Of a stretch of DNA of 64,000 bases, positions 12,641 to 26,149 are shown one piece after another. The notes under the pieces were generated by a model. The model ran no database searches, was not told the DNA's origin, and saw only the letters and a program-made list of their open reading frames with translations. The position numbers and the translations under genes are program-made. Numbering within the stretch: position 1 is the first letter of the stretch; every line of letters starts with the position of its first letter. The stretch comes from Hemiscyllium ocellatum (lineage: Eukaryota): positions 63,426,001 through 63,490,000 of the forward strand of contig NC_083417.1 in the NCBI RefSeq assembly GCF_020745735.1, given 5' to 3'.

Positions 12641-14049
12641 GTTGCGGTTTTTATCTCTGGGTACCCTCACAATGTGAACATTTTTCTGTTGATCCGTGCC
12701 TCTGCCCCACCCCCGACACGCACCCCTAAGTCATCAGCGCAAAAAAACAATTTTGCAGCCCCCTTCAATTCGGAAGAAGAGTTTTACTGGACTCCTGACA
12801 TTAACACTTTTTCTCTCTCCACACATACAGCTGGACGTGCTGAGTTCCTTTCATGACTACACATATATTGGTCAGGCCAGCCCTCGGCTCTTAAATTTCT
12901 AGAAAACTTTAACTCAGCGTGTTCGGATAAGTTACATTGATGTGCTGTCCTCTCGTGGATTTTGTGCACAGGAACTAAGTGTGTTCGAGCCCAGTCTGAT
13001 ATAACTTTGACATTACTTTTTTGCTTATGAATTTTATTCCTTGGATTGTTAATGAACATTCATGATTAACTCGCTGCAATGCGTACACTACTACATCCTT
13101 CTTCCATCCTATCCTATTTAGGTTTTACTATTTAAGCATACATGTTCCCCTTTGGAACAGAACTCTGTTGTTGAACTTACACTGGTGAAAATCCAAAACA
13201 GGATAATATCTTCAAAACTTATACTGAAAATTCCTAAGTCGCAAGATGAAACATTTTTCTTCATACAGAGATTCTTCGGAACCTGGAACTTGCTCTCCAA
13301 AAGGCTGAAGATATGAACTTGTAGATTGTGAAAGTAGATTTGTGGTAATTAATAATATTCAGGGATCGGGTGAATGGTATTGAGGTGCTGGTCGGCCATG
13401 ATCTCAAAAAATGATGACTCAGAAAGAGGCTGAATGGTGTACCGTGTTCCTGAATGTATAACTCAGCAGGAGAAACAGCTGTAGATACATACTATTACAT
13501 TAACACGAAATGTTACAAATGTTAAAAGAAATAATCTGTAAAATTACATGTGATAAATCTGTAGAACCACGGAGAAATGCTTTCAGTCGCCAATTGCCCC
13601 GATAGTTCAGTATATTCACCAATTATTTGCCAAAGTAATCCCAGGAAATTGGATGAATGTTGCACCGAAATACAATACAATTCATTTAACTTGATCAATC
13701 CTCAATAGCAACATTGATCATATTACATAAACCAGAATGCAAACTCCTGCAACACTGTTACTCATCGGGCTTGTACACAAATATATTGTCGTTGACATAC
13801 GAGACTTCATGTCCAGTTGAGACAGTGTATTTCTAATGTCAAATAGCTTTAATTAATTGAAGTGTGAAGTGCTTTCGGCAACATTGTCAGATAGTTGATG
13901 CAATCTGGTATGATCATTTTGGTAAGAGTGCTGCATTGAGCAGAGGTCATTTCCAAAATGATTTCGTCAATGTCCTCGGTGTGGAGGTTACAATCTGGAA
14001 GGGTTATTGGAAGTTGAGTTACTGTTCCACATTCAGATATTTCACACAT

Positions 14050-15500
14050 ATATCTTTGGAAACTGGGAAAGCTGTTAAAATGAGGAAAGCCAGTAGAGTA
14101 AGTTCATTGGACAGCTGCATTCAGTCGTATACTACATGGCTTGATGCAGTGTTCCTTGCTGTTTGATGTATACATCAATGATGTAGACATGAATTAAGAG
14201 GTATGATCAGTACGTTTGCAGATGATATGAAAATTTGTTGGTGTGGTAAATATCCAGGACGTTAGCCTTAGTCTGCATGGCAGTACTTAGAGATAGCTTA
14301 TATAACATCAATGTGACTGATTACCCTCTACTACTGCACTCAATCGTCATTAAGATGGCGGCAGAACAGGACTCCAAAGCCAGGGATCACCCACTCCAGT
14401 CGCATTTCTTCCCTTTTCTCATCTTTTCATTTACCTCTTGTCCAGAACTTGGACGGTATTGGTGGCAGCAAGGAACGCCACTCCAAACTTGCATGAAGCC
14501 AATAAACACTCAAGTGGGCCCAGTGTGGATCTTGTGGTGGCAGGGACCCAGCGCAGATTTCGTGGCAGTGAGTGGACCCTGCGCGGCCCAAGTAGTGGTG
14601 GCAGGTTAGACCCTAATTACTTTTCCAGGGTGCGTACAGAGCCTGGCAATAGAATCAGTAGCTGTACCATCAGCAGGGGCAACATCAGTGAGGTAGGCCA
14701 AGCAGCGAACGATGGCATTTGAGGATTAACGACTTTGTGATTGTTTGGGCGGTGGAAAGGCATTGACAAGATAGGCCCAGTGGCGAGAGATGTGACTCTG
14801 ACATTGGTGGATATTGGCGGGCCCATTGCAGCTTGTGATGAAGCAGTGGTAGAGGAGAATCGGCCCCGTGGCAAAAGATGGTACCTAAAGAATGAAGACT
14901 TCATTGTTGGTTGTGTCTATATAGATGATGGCGAGGTGGTGGGGGAGGCGTGATGACACAGGGATCGATGATGAGCTGGTTCGTAACTGATGGAGTCTCT
15001 TTAAATTCTGTTATTCTATTTTTCTCCCTATCTTTAAGACTGTAGAAGATGGTACCATATCACGGGGACAGTGCAAGAGCCTTTCACTAACTTTTACGGG
15101 TTTTTTTGCCTTAAAATACACGTGACTATATATCATTAATTCAAACAGATGGGCTGGTCATATGGAGTCAAACAACGCAAAATCTAAATTGAATCCTGAA
15201 AATTGTAATGTGTTCTATTTTTGGAGGACGAGAAAGGCAAGGCACTGGGAAATGCAACAAATGAGAAGGATCTTAGCATGCATGTCATTGTATCCTGGAA
15301 GGCAGCACTCAGATAGATGTGGTGGGTTAGAAGGCATTATGGGATGCTTTCCTTTTTTTTAGTCAAGTCATTGAATGCAAGATCGAAGAGAGTATGATTG
15401 AACTGTATATAACATTAGTTAGACCACAGTTAGAGTACTGTGTGTCGTTCTGGTCACTTTACTGTAGAATGTGATTGCACTTGAGAAGGTGTATCCATGA
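14050..15500 (+). mobile_element. Decayed CR1 RT fragment split by an L2-tailed non-autonomous insertion (about 14285-15135)
   Basis: FADDMKI..VV before the insert and NP.NCNVFYF/VRPQLEYCVSFWS after it. The insert ends aaaatacacgtgactatatatcattaattca, an L2-like tail. Confidence 0.65.
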
Positions 15501-16934
15501 GGATTTTAGTTGGCTATGAAAATGGTTTACTTCATTTCTTGTCCATTCAAAGTATTTTGTAACAAATAATTGTTCTGTTAAGCAGTGGCTGGTATTATGT
15601 TAGAAACTGGGAAAACATTCCTGTTTTCTAAAAGTTGGTGAAATCTTTAAAATGTCTTCCAAAGCACTGGTAAGGTTATAGATCATAAGATCTTAAGAAA
15701 TATGAGCAAGAATAGGCTACTCAGCTATCATGCTTACTCCACTACTCAATATAATCTTGTTTGATTTGATTGTGGCTTGAACTCCACTTTTCTACTTTCT
15801 CCAAATAACCTTTTACTCCTTTATCTGTCAATACACTGTATAGTTCACCCTTTGATTTAGTCAATGACCCAGCTTCCATCAGTCTCTGTGGAAAAAAAGA
15901 AATCCAAACTGTATTGCTCTCTGGGAAGAAATATTTGCTGATCCCCTAAATTATTAAATCAACGTATTCTCATATTTAGTCCCAAAGTTCCCTTTTGAAT
16001 AAAGAGTCTTTCAAATAGCTTCATATCATTTAACTTTCAATGACCAGAGAAGATTGTTGTCCTTTGTGAGGTATGTTTGTTGTGAAGATGGAATGGAGGT
16101 AATGCTGTAGCAGCTATTGTTCTAGGATGATTTGCTTTTCACGTCCAGTCTGAAAATTATGGTCTAAATGTACACCTTCAAAGAACATTCACTTCCCCAT
16201 TTTATCAGTTAATATGGAACTATTTATTGAGTTTCAACATCGTTGCATTCATAAAGATTTTGCACGCTTTTGACAGTGTCTCAGTTTCAAATAAGTCCCA
16301 ACAATGATCATAAACACCTTTTTTTAAATCAGTATTCCCAAGAAACGTCATCATGCTATAAAGTGATAGCGGACATGGCAGCATCTGCAGGTGAGAAATG
16401 GAAATATAAGACCAGCAAGTGTTAGTACTAATTCAAAAAGCAAGAACATCCAAAGATAAACAGACGGTGTAATCAACAGAACGTGTGCATTTTTTTTGTT
16501 TTAAAATGTCAAAACAAAGTGCCAACAAATGAAACAGTTTGTGCTGTCACATGTTAAGAACCATGCCCATGTCTTCTATAAAATGATGAAGAAGGGAAAG
16601 ATTCTAAAACAAACCTTCAAAGTTGGAACTGATTCTGGCAGGAAGGTGAAGTCAATTGTGAGACATTTGGCAGCTGAATGCAATTCCACTGCAAGATGGC
16701 GCTGTTTCTTAAGAAGTGCAGAAAATGTTATAAGTCCCCACTGTTTTTTTTGTTCAGCTCTCTGGTCCACGAACCGTTCCTCACCATATCACCAACGATA
16801 AGCCAGTTGCTCTGTCTCGCCTTGAAAGAGTGGGAATGTGCATTACGAAATGATTTGTTCCTTTAACCTCAACTTTGAAAGGGAGGGGGGGTGGATTTGG
16901 CAGCAAAACTGTAAAAACTAATCTAAAAATGCAG

Positions 16935-17350
16935 ATAGGTTCATACCCGTAGAGATGCACAGCACACAAACAAACCCTTTGATCCAACTGGTCCCTGCTG
17001 ACCAGATAACCTAAATGAATCCAGTCCCATTTCCCCCACTTGCCTCATATTCCTCCCCACTCCTCCTATTCATACACCCATCCAGATGTCTTATAAACGT
17101 TGTAATTGCACCAGCCCCCACTACCCTCTCTGGCAGCTCATTCTATCCACACACCACTCTCTGCGTGAAAATGTTGAATCTTGCCCCTCTTAAACTAAAC
17201 CAATGCCCCCGAGCTATGGACACGCCCTACCCAGGGATAAGAGCTTGTCTATTATACTCTATGCATGTCCCTCATGATTTTAAAAACATCAATACGGTCA
17301 CCCTCAGCCTTTGACGCTTCAGGAAAAACAACCCCAGCTTCTTCACCTCT
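16935..17350 (-). mobile_element. CR1 3' end fragment
   Basis: Shares the conserved shark CR1/SINE 3' tail on the minus strand. Confidence 0.7.
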
Positions 17351-17375
17351 CCCGACAGCTCATGTCGTCCACTGT

Positions 17376-17607
17376 GGGTGGCATGATGGCGCAGTGGTTT
17401 CTGCTGCTGCCTCACAGTGCCAGGGATCTAGGTTTGATTCCAATCTCGGGCGACTGTCTCTGTGGAGTTTGTACATTCTCCCTGTGCATAGTGTTCAGGC
17501 ATGTGTAGGCTAGGTGCAATAGTCAATGAAAATGTAAAGCACTTGAGTCTGAGTGGGTTACTTGTTGGGCCAAATGGCCTGTTTCCACACATTGGGAATT
17601 CTTCTAT
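17376..17607 (+). mobile_element. tRNA-derived V-SINE (HE1-like)
   Basis: A box ggcgcagtggtt, B box ggtttgattcc, V domain tgtggagtttgtacattctccc, CR1-derived tail. Confidence 0.85.
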
Positions 17608-17754
17608 GAAACAAATAACCCTGGTGACTTGGGGAAAGATGGAGAAAATAAAAGGAGACTAACAATAAAACGTGTCTAACTGTAAATGGATTAAACAATA
17701 TCATTACACAAATGGGGGCAAAGGGCAAGGAGATGTCATGAAATATCTTTAAAT

Positions 17755-18056
17755 GGGTGGCATGCTGGCTTAATGGTTAGCACTGCTGCTTCACAGCGCC
17801 GGGGTCCCAGATTTGATTACAGCCTCGTTCGGTTATCTGTGTAGCGTTTGCACATTCTCCCTGAGTCTGCGTGGGTTTCCTCCAGGTGCTTCAGTTTCCT
17901 CCCACAATCTGAAGATATGCAGGTCAGGTGAATTGGCCATGCTAAATTGCCCATAGTGTTAAGTGCATTAGTCAGAGGGACATGGGTCTGGGAGTGTTGG
18001 TGTGGACTGGTTGGGCTGAAGGGCCTGTTTACACGCTGTAGAGAATCTAATCAAAC
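17755..18056 (+). mobile_element. tRNA-derived V-SINE (HE1-like)
   Basis: A/B boxes, tttgcacattctccc...gcgtgggtttcctcc V domain, gaagggcctgttt tail. Confidence 0.9.
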
Positions 18057-18400
18057 ATACTTTTAAATCTTTTCTGAACCCTAACAAGTTACATAACATC
18101 TTTCCGACAGTAGAGAGACCAGAATTACACATAATATTCGAATCATGGCTTAACCAGATGCAACATGACCTCCTAACTCCTATACTTAGAGCTCTGACCA
18201 ACAAAAGAAAGCTTACCAAATGCCTTCTTCACTATTCTATCTACCTGTGATTCCACTTTCAAGGAACTGTGAGCCTGCACTCTAATGTCTCTTTGTTCAG
18301 CAACACTCCCGAGGACCATATCATTAAGTGCACAAAGTCTTGCCCTGAGTTATCTTTCCAAAATGCAGCATCTTACATTTATCTAAATTAGATTGCATCT
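18057..18400 (-). mobile_element. CR1 RT fragment
   Basis: Antisense of LVRALSIG..W...YNV/SHLEYCV.FWS remnant. Confidence 0.65.
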
Positions 18401-19949
18401 TCCTAAAATTTCAAAAATGACCTAAATGTAGAAACGAAGTACACGATTAATTATATTTGGAATATTAAGGCCCAATGTTGTGAGCTACAGGACAAAAACA
18501 TTTTGGACCATGGAAGACAAATGGATGCGATTAAGCAACAGACATCCAACAATTCGGATTGAATGGGTTTACAAAAGATGAGATGAGAAAGATGTCAGAG
18601 GTTAGTAATTTCACGTGTAGAGCTGTGGTTTGAAGAAATCTGTGTATTTCTTCTGATCACATTAATGCAGATGTTCCAGTGACAATGGCTGTATTAATCG
18701 CTGTTTCTACTCCATGGTTTCCAGTTCCAGAAAATTTTACCCCTCCCTGACATGGCATATTGTCTACAGGTTGGTCTCCAGCTCCTCCACTCTGATCCAA
18801 CTTTGAGCTGCACACTTGCTACAAACGTGTTCACTTTGGATCACATGATGTTCAGCAGCTTCCATATGCAGTAACAGCAACACATTATCTGACCCATCAC
18901 ATCTATCATTTATACTTTAAGTTAGTTTATTAATTCAATGCTCTAATATAATTGCTCTTTAAATATTATTGCAAATGCTTAAATACCAGTATCAATCTTA
19001 TGCTGAAACTTATTTTAAGAAAAAGAGAGAACAAAGGCAAGAGACCCAAATATTTCACGTTCACTTTGAAGGTTATAAACATTGACCAATACTATTCACT
19101 GCTGGGCTGCTTTTTTAAGGCGAACGAAACAACCATACATCTGTCTCATTCCTCCACTCAATCCTTGAAATAATTAACTCGAACACTCTCAACTGACACA
19201 TAGCACTAAGTTGGCTATTTATACATGCTCCCATCATGAAGCCACGTAATAAGGATCCAGATTCAGCTGTTTTTTTAAATTCAGCTGCATTTTCACTGCA
19301 ACTTTTGATAACAAAAAGTGGTTTAAGACTTGCATCTGCAGAATTTAAACTGCAGATTTCAGTTCAATACAAACTACAAACAAATTTCAAAACAAGGCTA
19401 AATAGCTGAACGATTTCCTAATTCTTTCCCAACAAATACACAGATTCAGACCTAATGATGGTTTTGTAGTTGACTTTCAGCACTTTTCCATGCAGTTCTT
19501 TTGTGGTTTGATATAACTCTACCATTTTTTATGTTTGGGACATTATCAATGCTCTGAATACTCAATAATAGCATATGTTTGCAAGGTACACTTGATCAAC
19601 ATAAAAGCAGCATTAGAGGAATATGAGTAGGCTTTGGAGACCACCCAAATTTGCTCTGTATTTTAATTAGGTGATGGCTGACTTTTTACATTTGTGTCAA
19701 TTACTTTTCTGTTTCCTATTATTCTTTGATTTCCCCAAGGCTCAAAAATATATCTATCTTTGTCTTAAGTTTACTTAATGACAATAACGTCCATATCCCT
19801 CTGGGATGGAGAATTCTAGAAATTCCTAATACTCTGGGTCAAAAAAAATTCTCGTCGCAGTTCATATTCCTTTATCCTGAGGTAATATTCCAATTTTCAA
19901 TTCTCATGCAAACAAATTCTCACACTCCACATCAAACCAGTTGAAACAA

Positions 19950-21000
19950 ATAATGTTTCATCGTTTCACCTGTGATTTAAGTGTCCTGTTACCATATCCC
20001 TTATAACTGTTTGACAGTTGGCTAACCTCCCTCTAATTCCCCTATATTCCTTCTTTCTCAATTTTACAAGTGAAATTATATTTAGTAGTATGTGATCCAT
20101 AGCTGTATGGGATTTTCAAAGATTAAAACCAATACATCTATGATATCTGCATGTAACTCTTACAATCCAAAGCTAACACCATAAGCTCCACAGTTCCACT
20201 CAGCCTTTATTCCCATTGCATTCTCCAGTACTTTCCCTTTACTAATAATAGATTTGAAGTTCCTCACTCTTATTATTTCCTTATTTCTAATTTTAATATC
20301 CCATATTACTATTGACAATGGAACCATGTTTATTCTTTAGACCTTTTGTTTCACTTATAGAGCTTAGAGTCACAGAGACTACATCACAGAAACCGACCTC
20401 TAAGTTCAACTAGTCCATGCCGACCACTTATCCCAGTCCCATTTAGTCCGACCTGCCAGCACCCAGCCGATATCCCTCCAAACCCTTCCTATACATGTAT
20501 CCGTCCAGATGCCTTTTAAATGTTGCAATTTTTACAAGTCTCCACTACTTCCTCTGACAGCTCATTCCACGCTAACTTGCCCACCACCGATGTCTATAGT
20601 TCCCTGGCATGTTCTTACCACCTTTACCTTATATTAAATGCACAACTGTTCACACAGATCTATGTTTCTCCACTTTCTGACTTGCTTGTCATCTTCCGGT
20701 TCGTGAATTTCAATGCACTTGTTAGTAACAGTGTAAGGCGTCTATTTCATCTATGATTAACCTCTTTGATTTACTCATAGTTTGCCCATGTATCCAGTGG
20801 ATAGTTTATTTATCAAGTGAATTTATCTTTGTTGAAAATAATAGATCACTTTAAATGTTTAACATTGCTCATCAAGTTTCATATCTTTGTAAGATTATGT
20901 CCTAATCTGTCTTGGCCAACTTATAATTCTATAATTGCCTTTCCTTATATTTAAATCCACGCTTTGAACTTAATCTCATAAATGTCAAGCTTAAAATAGA
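19950..21000 (-). mobile_element. Old CR1 debris plus a SINE/CR1 3' tail insertion (about 20350-20560)
   Basis: Degenerate minus-strand RT motifs and the conserved tail gtcacagagact...gccttttaaatgttg. Confidence 0.55.
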
Positions 21001-22489
21001 ATCATATTCTTTTATGGTTACAAGAGTAAAATAATTGTTGAATAATTTTGCTTGTTCTGGTATGTGAGTTTGCACTGCAGAATTTGTCATTTACAGGTAA
21101 GCAACCTTAACAAACCTCTGAACCTTAACACTCCATCGGTTGGAGTCATACATGGTGTAATTAAAGATAGTGGTGGCTTTTGGAGGCCCTTATTTCCAGC
21201 TCTGGGACACTTGAGCAACATTCAAGTTTTAGGCAGATGTGAGAAAGGTTTGTACCATACAAGTGCCAAAAGTGACCATCTCCATCAGTAGAGAATCTAA
21301 CGATCTCCCATTAATATGCCAAGGATTTGTCATCACCGAGTTCATGCATTATTTCGGACTAGCAGGGAACTGTTCTTCCTTGATTAGAATAATTAACACC
21401 ATCTATTGATGGAATGCAGAAGAATATCTCAGTATCCCACCTTTCATGCATTATTTATTATAAACTTAGACTCAAACACATTTTGCAATATTTACTAACC
21501 AGCCACTTTGTAATTTGTATTGTATCTTGTGATCTTCTGCATTGGTGCAATATAATTTTATGTTTATACTATATCGTCCGTTGTGAAAGTTAGAGACTCA
21601 TTCCAGGCATCCACAATCATATAGAAAAAATCAGTTCCGAACAAATGGCCTCAGAGCGCAAAGTCTGCGAAAAGTGCTTGATTATTGAAGGACTCTTTAT
21701 CGATTAAGCAAAAATTATGAAAGTGAGGTCAGAATTTAATTGTGTGGACATGGCGGACATGCAATTCACTTTCCAGAACAAATAAGCGAAGAGGATGTCA
21801 TAAAATATTCTGTTTGAAAGGAGTCTTTTCAAGAAAGAAAATCAAACCAGAATGAACAGGACTGACCCCTCAATAAGTGACAGCTGAAGAAACCAGTTAG
21901 AAGATAGGAAAGATACTATCAGTCAATGACCATTCCCCTCCAAGGTCATTCACAGATTGACCCCTACATTTCTTGGGAAAATTAACATTGAGGCTGACTG
22001 ATAATATAGTGAGTTGCGGCATGGAATGTGTCAATAAACAGCAGTACTGACGGGTGATTAAAAATGCAAAGCAAAATTGAAACTGAGGTTAGTACAGCTT
22101 TAAATAGAAGTAGCTGGAAAACTCAGTAGGTCTGGCAGCATCGGTGGAGAGTTAACATTTCGGGTGCACTGACCATTCTTCAGAAGTTAGTAGGACCTGC
22201 TGTTCCATCAGAAAGTAAGACTGCATAAATTCTATGTTGAACAATAAATCTTTGCAGGTTACAATTACATCCCGTTTATATTCCCAAGAATTTATTTTGC
22301 TCTCAGCAAAGTTATAAGCAAAAGTGAAGCTTTGACAGCAGTTTGCTTGTTAATTTGCTGCAGATGTGAATACTACAGTCTGATAGACATTCTCAATGAT
22401 GCCACTGCTGGATTTTGGATTTGGCACCAGATTCAGAGTAATATTGAGAAAGAGGAAAACCATGCGACATAAATTACTACATATTTGTG

Positions 22490-22670
22490 ATGTGAAGGTG
22501 CGGATGTTGGACTGGAGTGGGCTAAGTTAAAAATCAGACAATACCAGGCTGTAGTCTACCTACCCATGTAACACCAGCTAGTTACCTAACAAGGAAGCAG
22601 CACTCCGAAAGCTCGTACTTCCAACTAAACCTGTTGGACTATAACTTGATGTCATGTGATTTTTAACGAT
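22490..22670. repeat. Family 2 Penelope-derived short element, degraded
   Basis: ttaaaaatc...caggctgtagtc and gcactccgaaagctcgtacttcc...gtgatttttaac arms. Confidence 0.7.
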
Positions 22671-23760
22671 AATTTATCGGCAGCATCTTATGAGGTCAAT
22701 AATGAGGGCTGTTGCTTCACTAGATTGATTTGGAGGTAGTGGAGGGCAGACGTTTGCATTTCATGACTCTAATGTAAGATGGACAAGAAGTTACAGCATA
22801 TTTTATTCATAGGAAATAAGTAGCCTGCATTTATGACGCAGAATTTCAGCCTTACAATCGCGCAACTGAATTCGTTGTCCTTTACAGATCACCATCAGCC
22901 TCAGCAGATTGTCAATCTCGAACTCCTTCATAGAACACATTAGTTTGCTTTGAGGTTTCCCCTGTGTCTCACCATCAGGTACAGTTCTAACAATATTTAG
23001 GATAATCTAAGTGATGATCATTTGTGATCATACTGTGCATAATAGTATGAAGATTATTTGGTTCTTGTTTCCTGTTACATTGACGGGATGGTTCTGCAAA
23101 GTGTTTTGGTTTTGTTATGCTTCTTGAGTGCCTGTAACGTTATGAAAGTGGTTTCCCAATGTGAATCCTTTTTTGAGAAGCATGGGGACAAAAGAATGCT
23201 AGGGAATTAATGAAGCAGTCAGTTCATAGGAAGAGGCACATTCTTTGCATGTAGTAATTGTGTAGAACGGACGACATTAATTCTGTGTCAATAGACAGCC
23301 AGAATATGGTTGCATCAGTTGTTGCACCAGTTAAATGTGACGAACTGCCTGTGGTTTACTGTCCCGTTGGATGCTTTTGTTCGTTCAGTTGCAATTCTCA
23401 CCTGGAGAAATGTGCCCTTCTCACTTTTAGACCCTTTTTGTCCGACTTGTACCTCACTGCCCATTAAATACGGGTTGGTGTCCAAAACCTGGCTCAGTGG
23501 AGCCTTCATTTCCAGAATGAAGAAGTTCAATAATTTGTTTGAACACTGCTCTTATGAATAGAGCTAGACAAACATTGCAGCACTGAAAGGCCTATTCAGC
23601 TTATAGTGTTTGTACCAGCTGAATAAACTGGTCTTCCATTCTAATTGCTTCCCCCAGCGCATGGTCCATAGCCTTGTAGCTTAGAATGCTTCAAGTGTAG
23701 ATTGAATTTCCTTGTGAATGAGCTAAGATTTTCTATCTCTTCGATGCATTTGAGCTTATC

Positions 23761-23890
23761 GATTTCCTGAAGAAGGGCTTATGCCCGAAACGGCGGATTT
23801 CCTGAAGAAGGGTTTATGCCCGAAACGATTCTCCTTCTCCTTTGATGCTGCCTGACCTGCTGCGCTTTTCCGGCAACACATTTTTAAGCT
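23761..23890 (+). repeat. Family 1 element with a direct tandem duplication of the hammerhead-like core
   Basis: gatttcctgaagaaggg(c/t)ttatgcccgaaacg at 23761-23792 and 23796-23827. Confidence 0.85.
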
Positions 23891-24049
23891 AATATTTTCC
23901 ACGTCAATTACTGGAAACGAACAACAAATCCCGACACTCGTTGTCAAAATATCTTTTCTAATGTGCACTCTCATTCTTTTAACAATTACTTTAGATCTGT
24001 GCTCTCTGGTAATTTACTTCTCTGCTTGAGGAAACAGATCTTTTTTTGT

Positions 24050-25200
24050 CAATGTTATCCAAACTCCTCACTATTTTGTACAGCTCATTTCAATTAGCTC
24101 TCAGCTTCTTCTGTTTTAAGGGAAGTAACGTTTGCTAATCTAATCTTTTCTTATAAATGCAAATCCTGGCAACATTTTTGTCAATTTCCGCTGTGCTGTA
24201 AACAGAACAATTATGCTCTTCCTGCAAAAACTGTCCAAAATCTCCAGCTCTGGCTTGACCAGTGTCTTAAATAGTTCCAGCATTATATCCCCGCTTTTGT
24301 ATTCAGTACCTGCTGTAATAAAGGAAAGCATTCCTTGTATTTTCTTTACCACCTTATCTACCTGACCTGCCACTTCTGGAAATTTTTTGATTTACACTCC
24401 AAGATCTTTCACTGCCTCTGCCCTTTCGATGCCATCCCATTTATTTGCTTGCTTTGTCCTCGCCGAATGCCTCCACTCATAGTTCTTCAGATTGAATTCT
24501 ATTTGCCGTATTTTCAGCCACTCGACCAAACTATTGATATCATCCTGTAGCGGACAGTAATCCTCTTCACTGCCTGACCATTTTGTTATGTTGAGCGTAA
24601 GTTTCTCATTTGTGCTTCCCATCTTTAAATCCATCGTTAACATATGCCACAAACAACAACACGGATCTGTGTGGAATACAATTGGAAATTCCTTGCCATT
24701 CCTAACATATATGTTGATCGTTGGTTTCTACCACTAAGTTAATTTTGGATCTAATTCAACACATTTTCAGAATCTCATGGAATTGGAATTTTCTGAACAG
24801 TCTGCCATTTAGGACCTTGTCAAATACCATACTAAGGTTCATATTGACGACATTCGCTGCACTACTCTCATCCTTCCTCCTCATGTCTTCAAAACATTCA
24901 ATTAAATTGATAAGGTTTAACATTCCCTAACATAACCATGCTGACTCCTTCTGAAGAATATGTGCATTTCGAAGTAATAGTTGATTCTATCTCACATGTG
25001 CACTCTAGTAATTTGCTCGTCTTCAGGTCAGACTAACTGATCTATAATTATTTGGTTATCCCTGAAAAATAATAGAATTATGCTCACAGACTTCTAAACC
25101 TCTGGTATCTTCCCTGTATCTTGTGAGGTTTAGTAAATGAATTTCCAAGTATCTGGTATTTCTTCTCTGTTTCTTTTAACAGCCAAGATTACTTTTCATC
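24050..25200 (-). mobile_element. Decayed CR1 RT
   Basis: LFKTLVKPELE and LQDDINSLVEW..I.Q.EFN remnants on the minus strand. Confidence 0.75.
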
Positions 25201-26149
25201 CTGGTAATTTGACGACTGTAGGGTTTCTGGTTTGCAATCAATAACTTCCTGATTTTATGTGGTTCGAATCACCCCCAGAGCCCAGTTTCTGACATTTGAC
25301 TTATTTAGGGAATGTGAAATAAAGAAGGCAGGTGTTTCAGGGCAAAAGACTCTTTGTTTATTTAGCCCCAAAGAGGTAAGTATAGCACATAAATAAGAAA
25401 TCAAATACGATAAAACAGTGAACTTGACACAATTATACGGAGGACAGTAAGTAAATACACTATCAAATTAAACAAAGGTCAAAATGCTCTTCAGTTTTAA
25501 TCGCATACACTTTCTTCAGGCTTGCTACCCTTCGGGTCCCTTCACTGTCACCACCTGCCTTCCCCTCCTTGCTGGCTCGGTTAGAAACTTTGTGGTCTTG
25601 GGAGTTTCATATCACTATCAGGGAAAACACAGTTTTAAATTACGTCCTGTTGCTAAAGTTCTTGTCATTGCTTCTCTTGGCTTGGAGCAGGCCTGTATCT
25701 GGCAATCCCATTTAAACAATCGAAACGGAGAAATGAAACTTTTGTGAAAATAAAACCAGGTTTTGTCGACTTTCTGCTTGTTGCAGGTGCTGGCTTGCTG
25801 AATGACATTATTTGACCTGAATTAGTAGATGAAACGCATTCAGGAATCCATCATCAGCGGATTTGCATGAACATTTGGTCCTCAGCTGGGCTGGAACTTA
25901 TTGCCATTGTGAAATTCACAAATCTCTTAGTGTTTTAACAATCTATCGAGTGGCTTTCTATTCTGACAGAAAATAGTTTGTCTTAAGTAGTTTATATCAT
26001 GCAAATTTTTCATCTTCTTGAACACCACTAACCTACTCCATGAAGGGGAATAATACCACTTGCTCCACACCACTGAAGTTCCTCAACCTTAATAATATGC
26101 CAGTAAGTATCTTGGAAAACCACAGGGTTGGACATAGCACTCCAGGCTG

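Larger units (their letters stand above)
11400..22830 (+). pseudogene. Heavily decayed USP16/USP45-like deubiquitinase pseudogene (relic A)
   Basis: Collinear degenerate motifs: zf-UBP (RGVN*H, HSEMH...H, FCSPC..NDYV, 11508-11618); possible Cys box (LLNF*KT/FNSA, about 12882-12920); FTNYLPK*SQE (13615-13647); KGKILK...SIV...CRKC...SLVHEPF (16590-16790); IQQ..LNGFTKDEM...NFTC (18541-18627); ISQ*P.P..VIHR (about 21915-21960); FP/YYSL (22278-22385); FAFHDSNV...SYSIFY (22741-22812). Many stops, frameshifts and TE insertions. Confidence 0.6.

Noticed and set aside
17376-17450. tRNA genes
   Set aside because: The A/B boxes belong to V-SINE heads followed by the V domain and CR1 tail; no cloverleaf.
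23258-23561. Overlapping ORFs in three frames
   Set aside because: No recognisable domain or splice-bounded exon.
25220-25800. Possible solo LTR
   Set aside because: No TG...CA ends, TSD or second copy could be identified.
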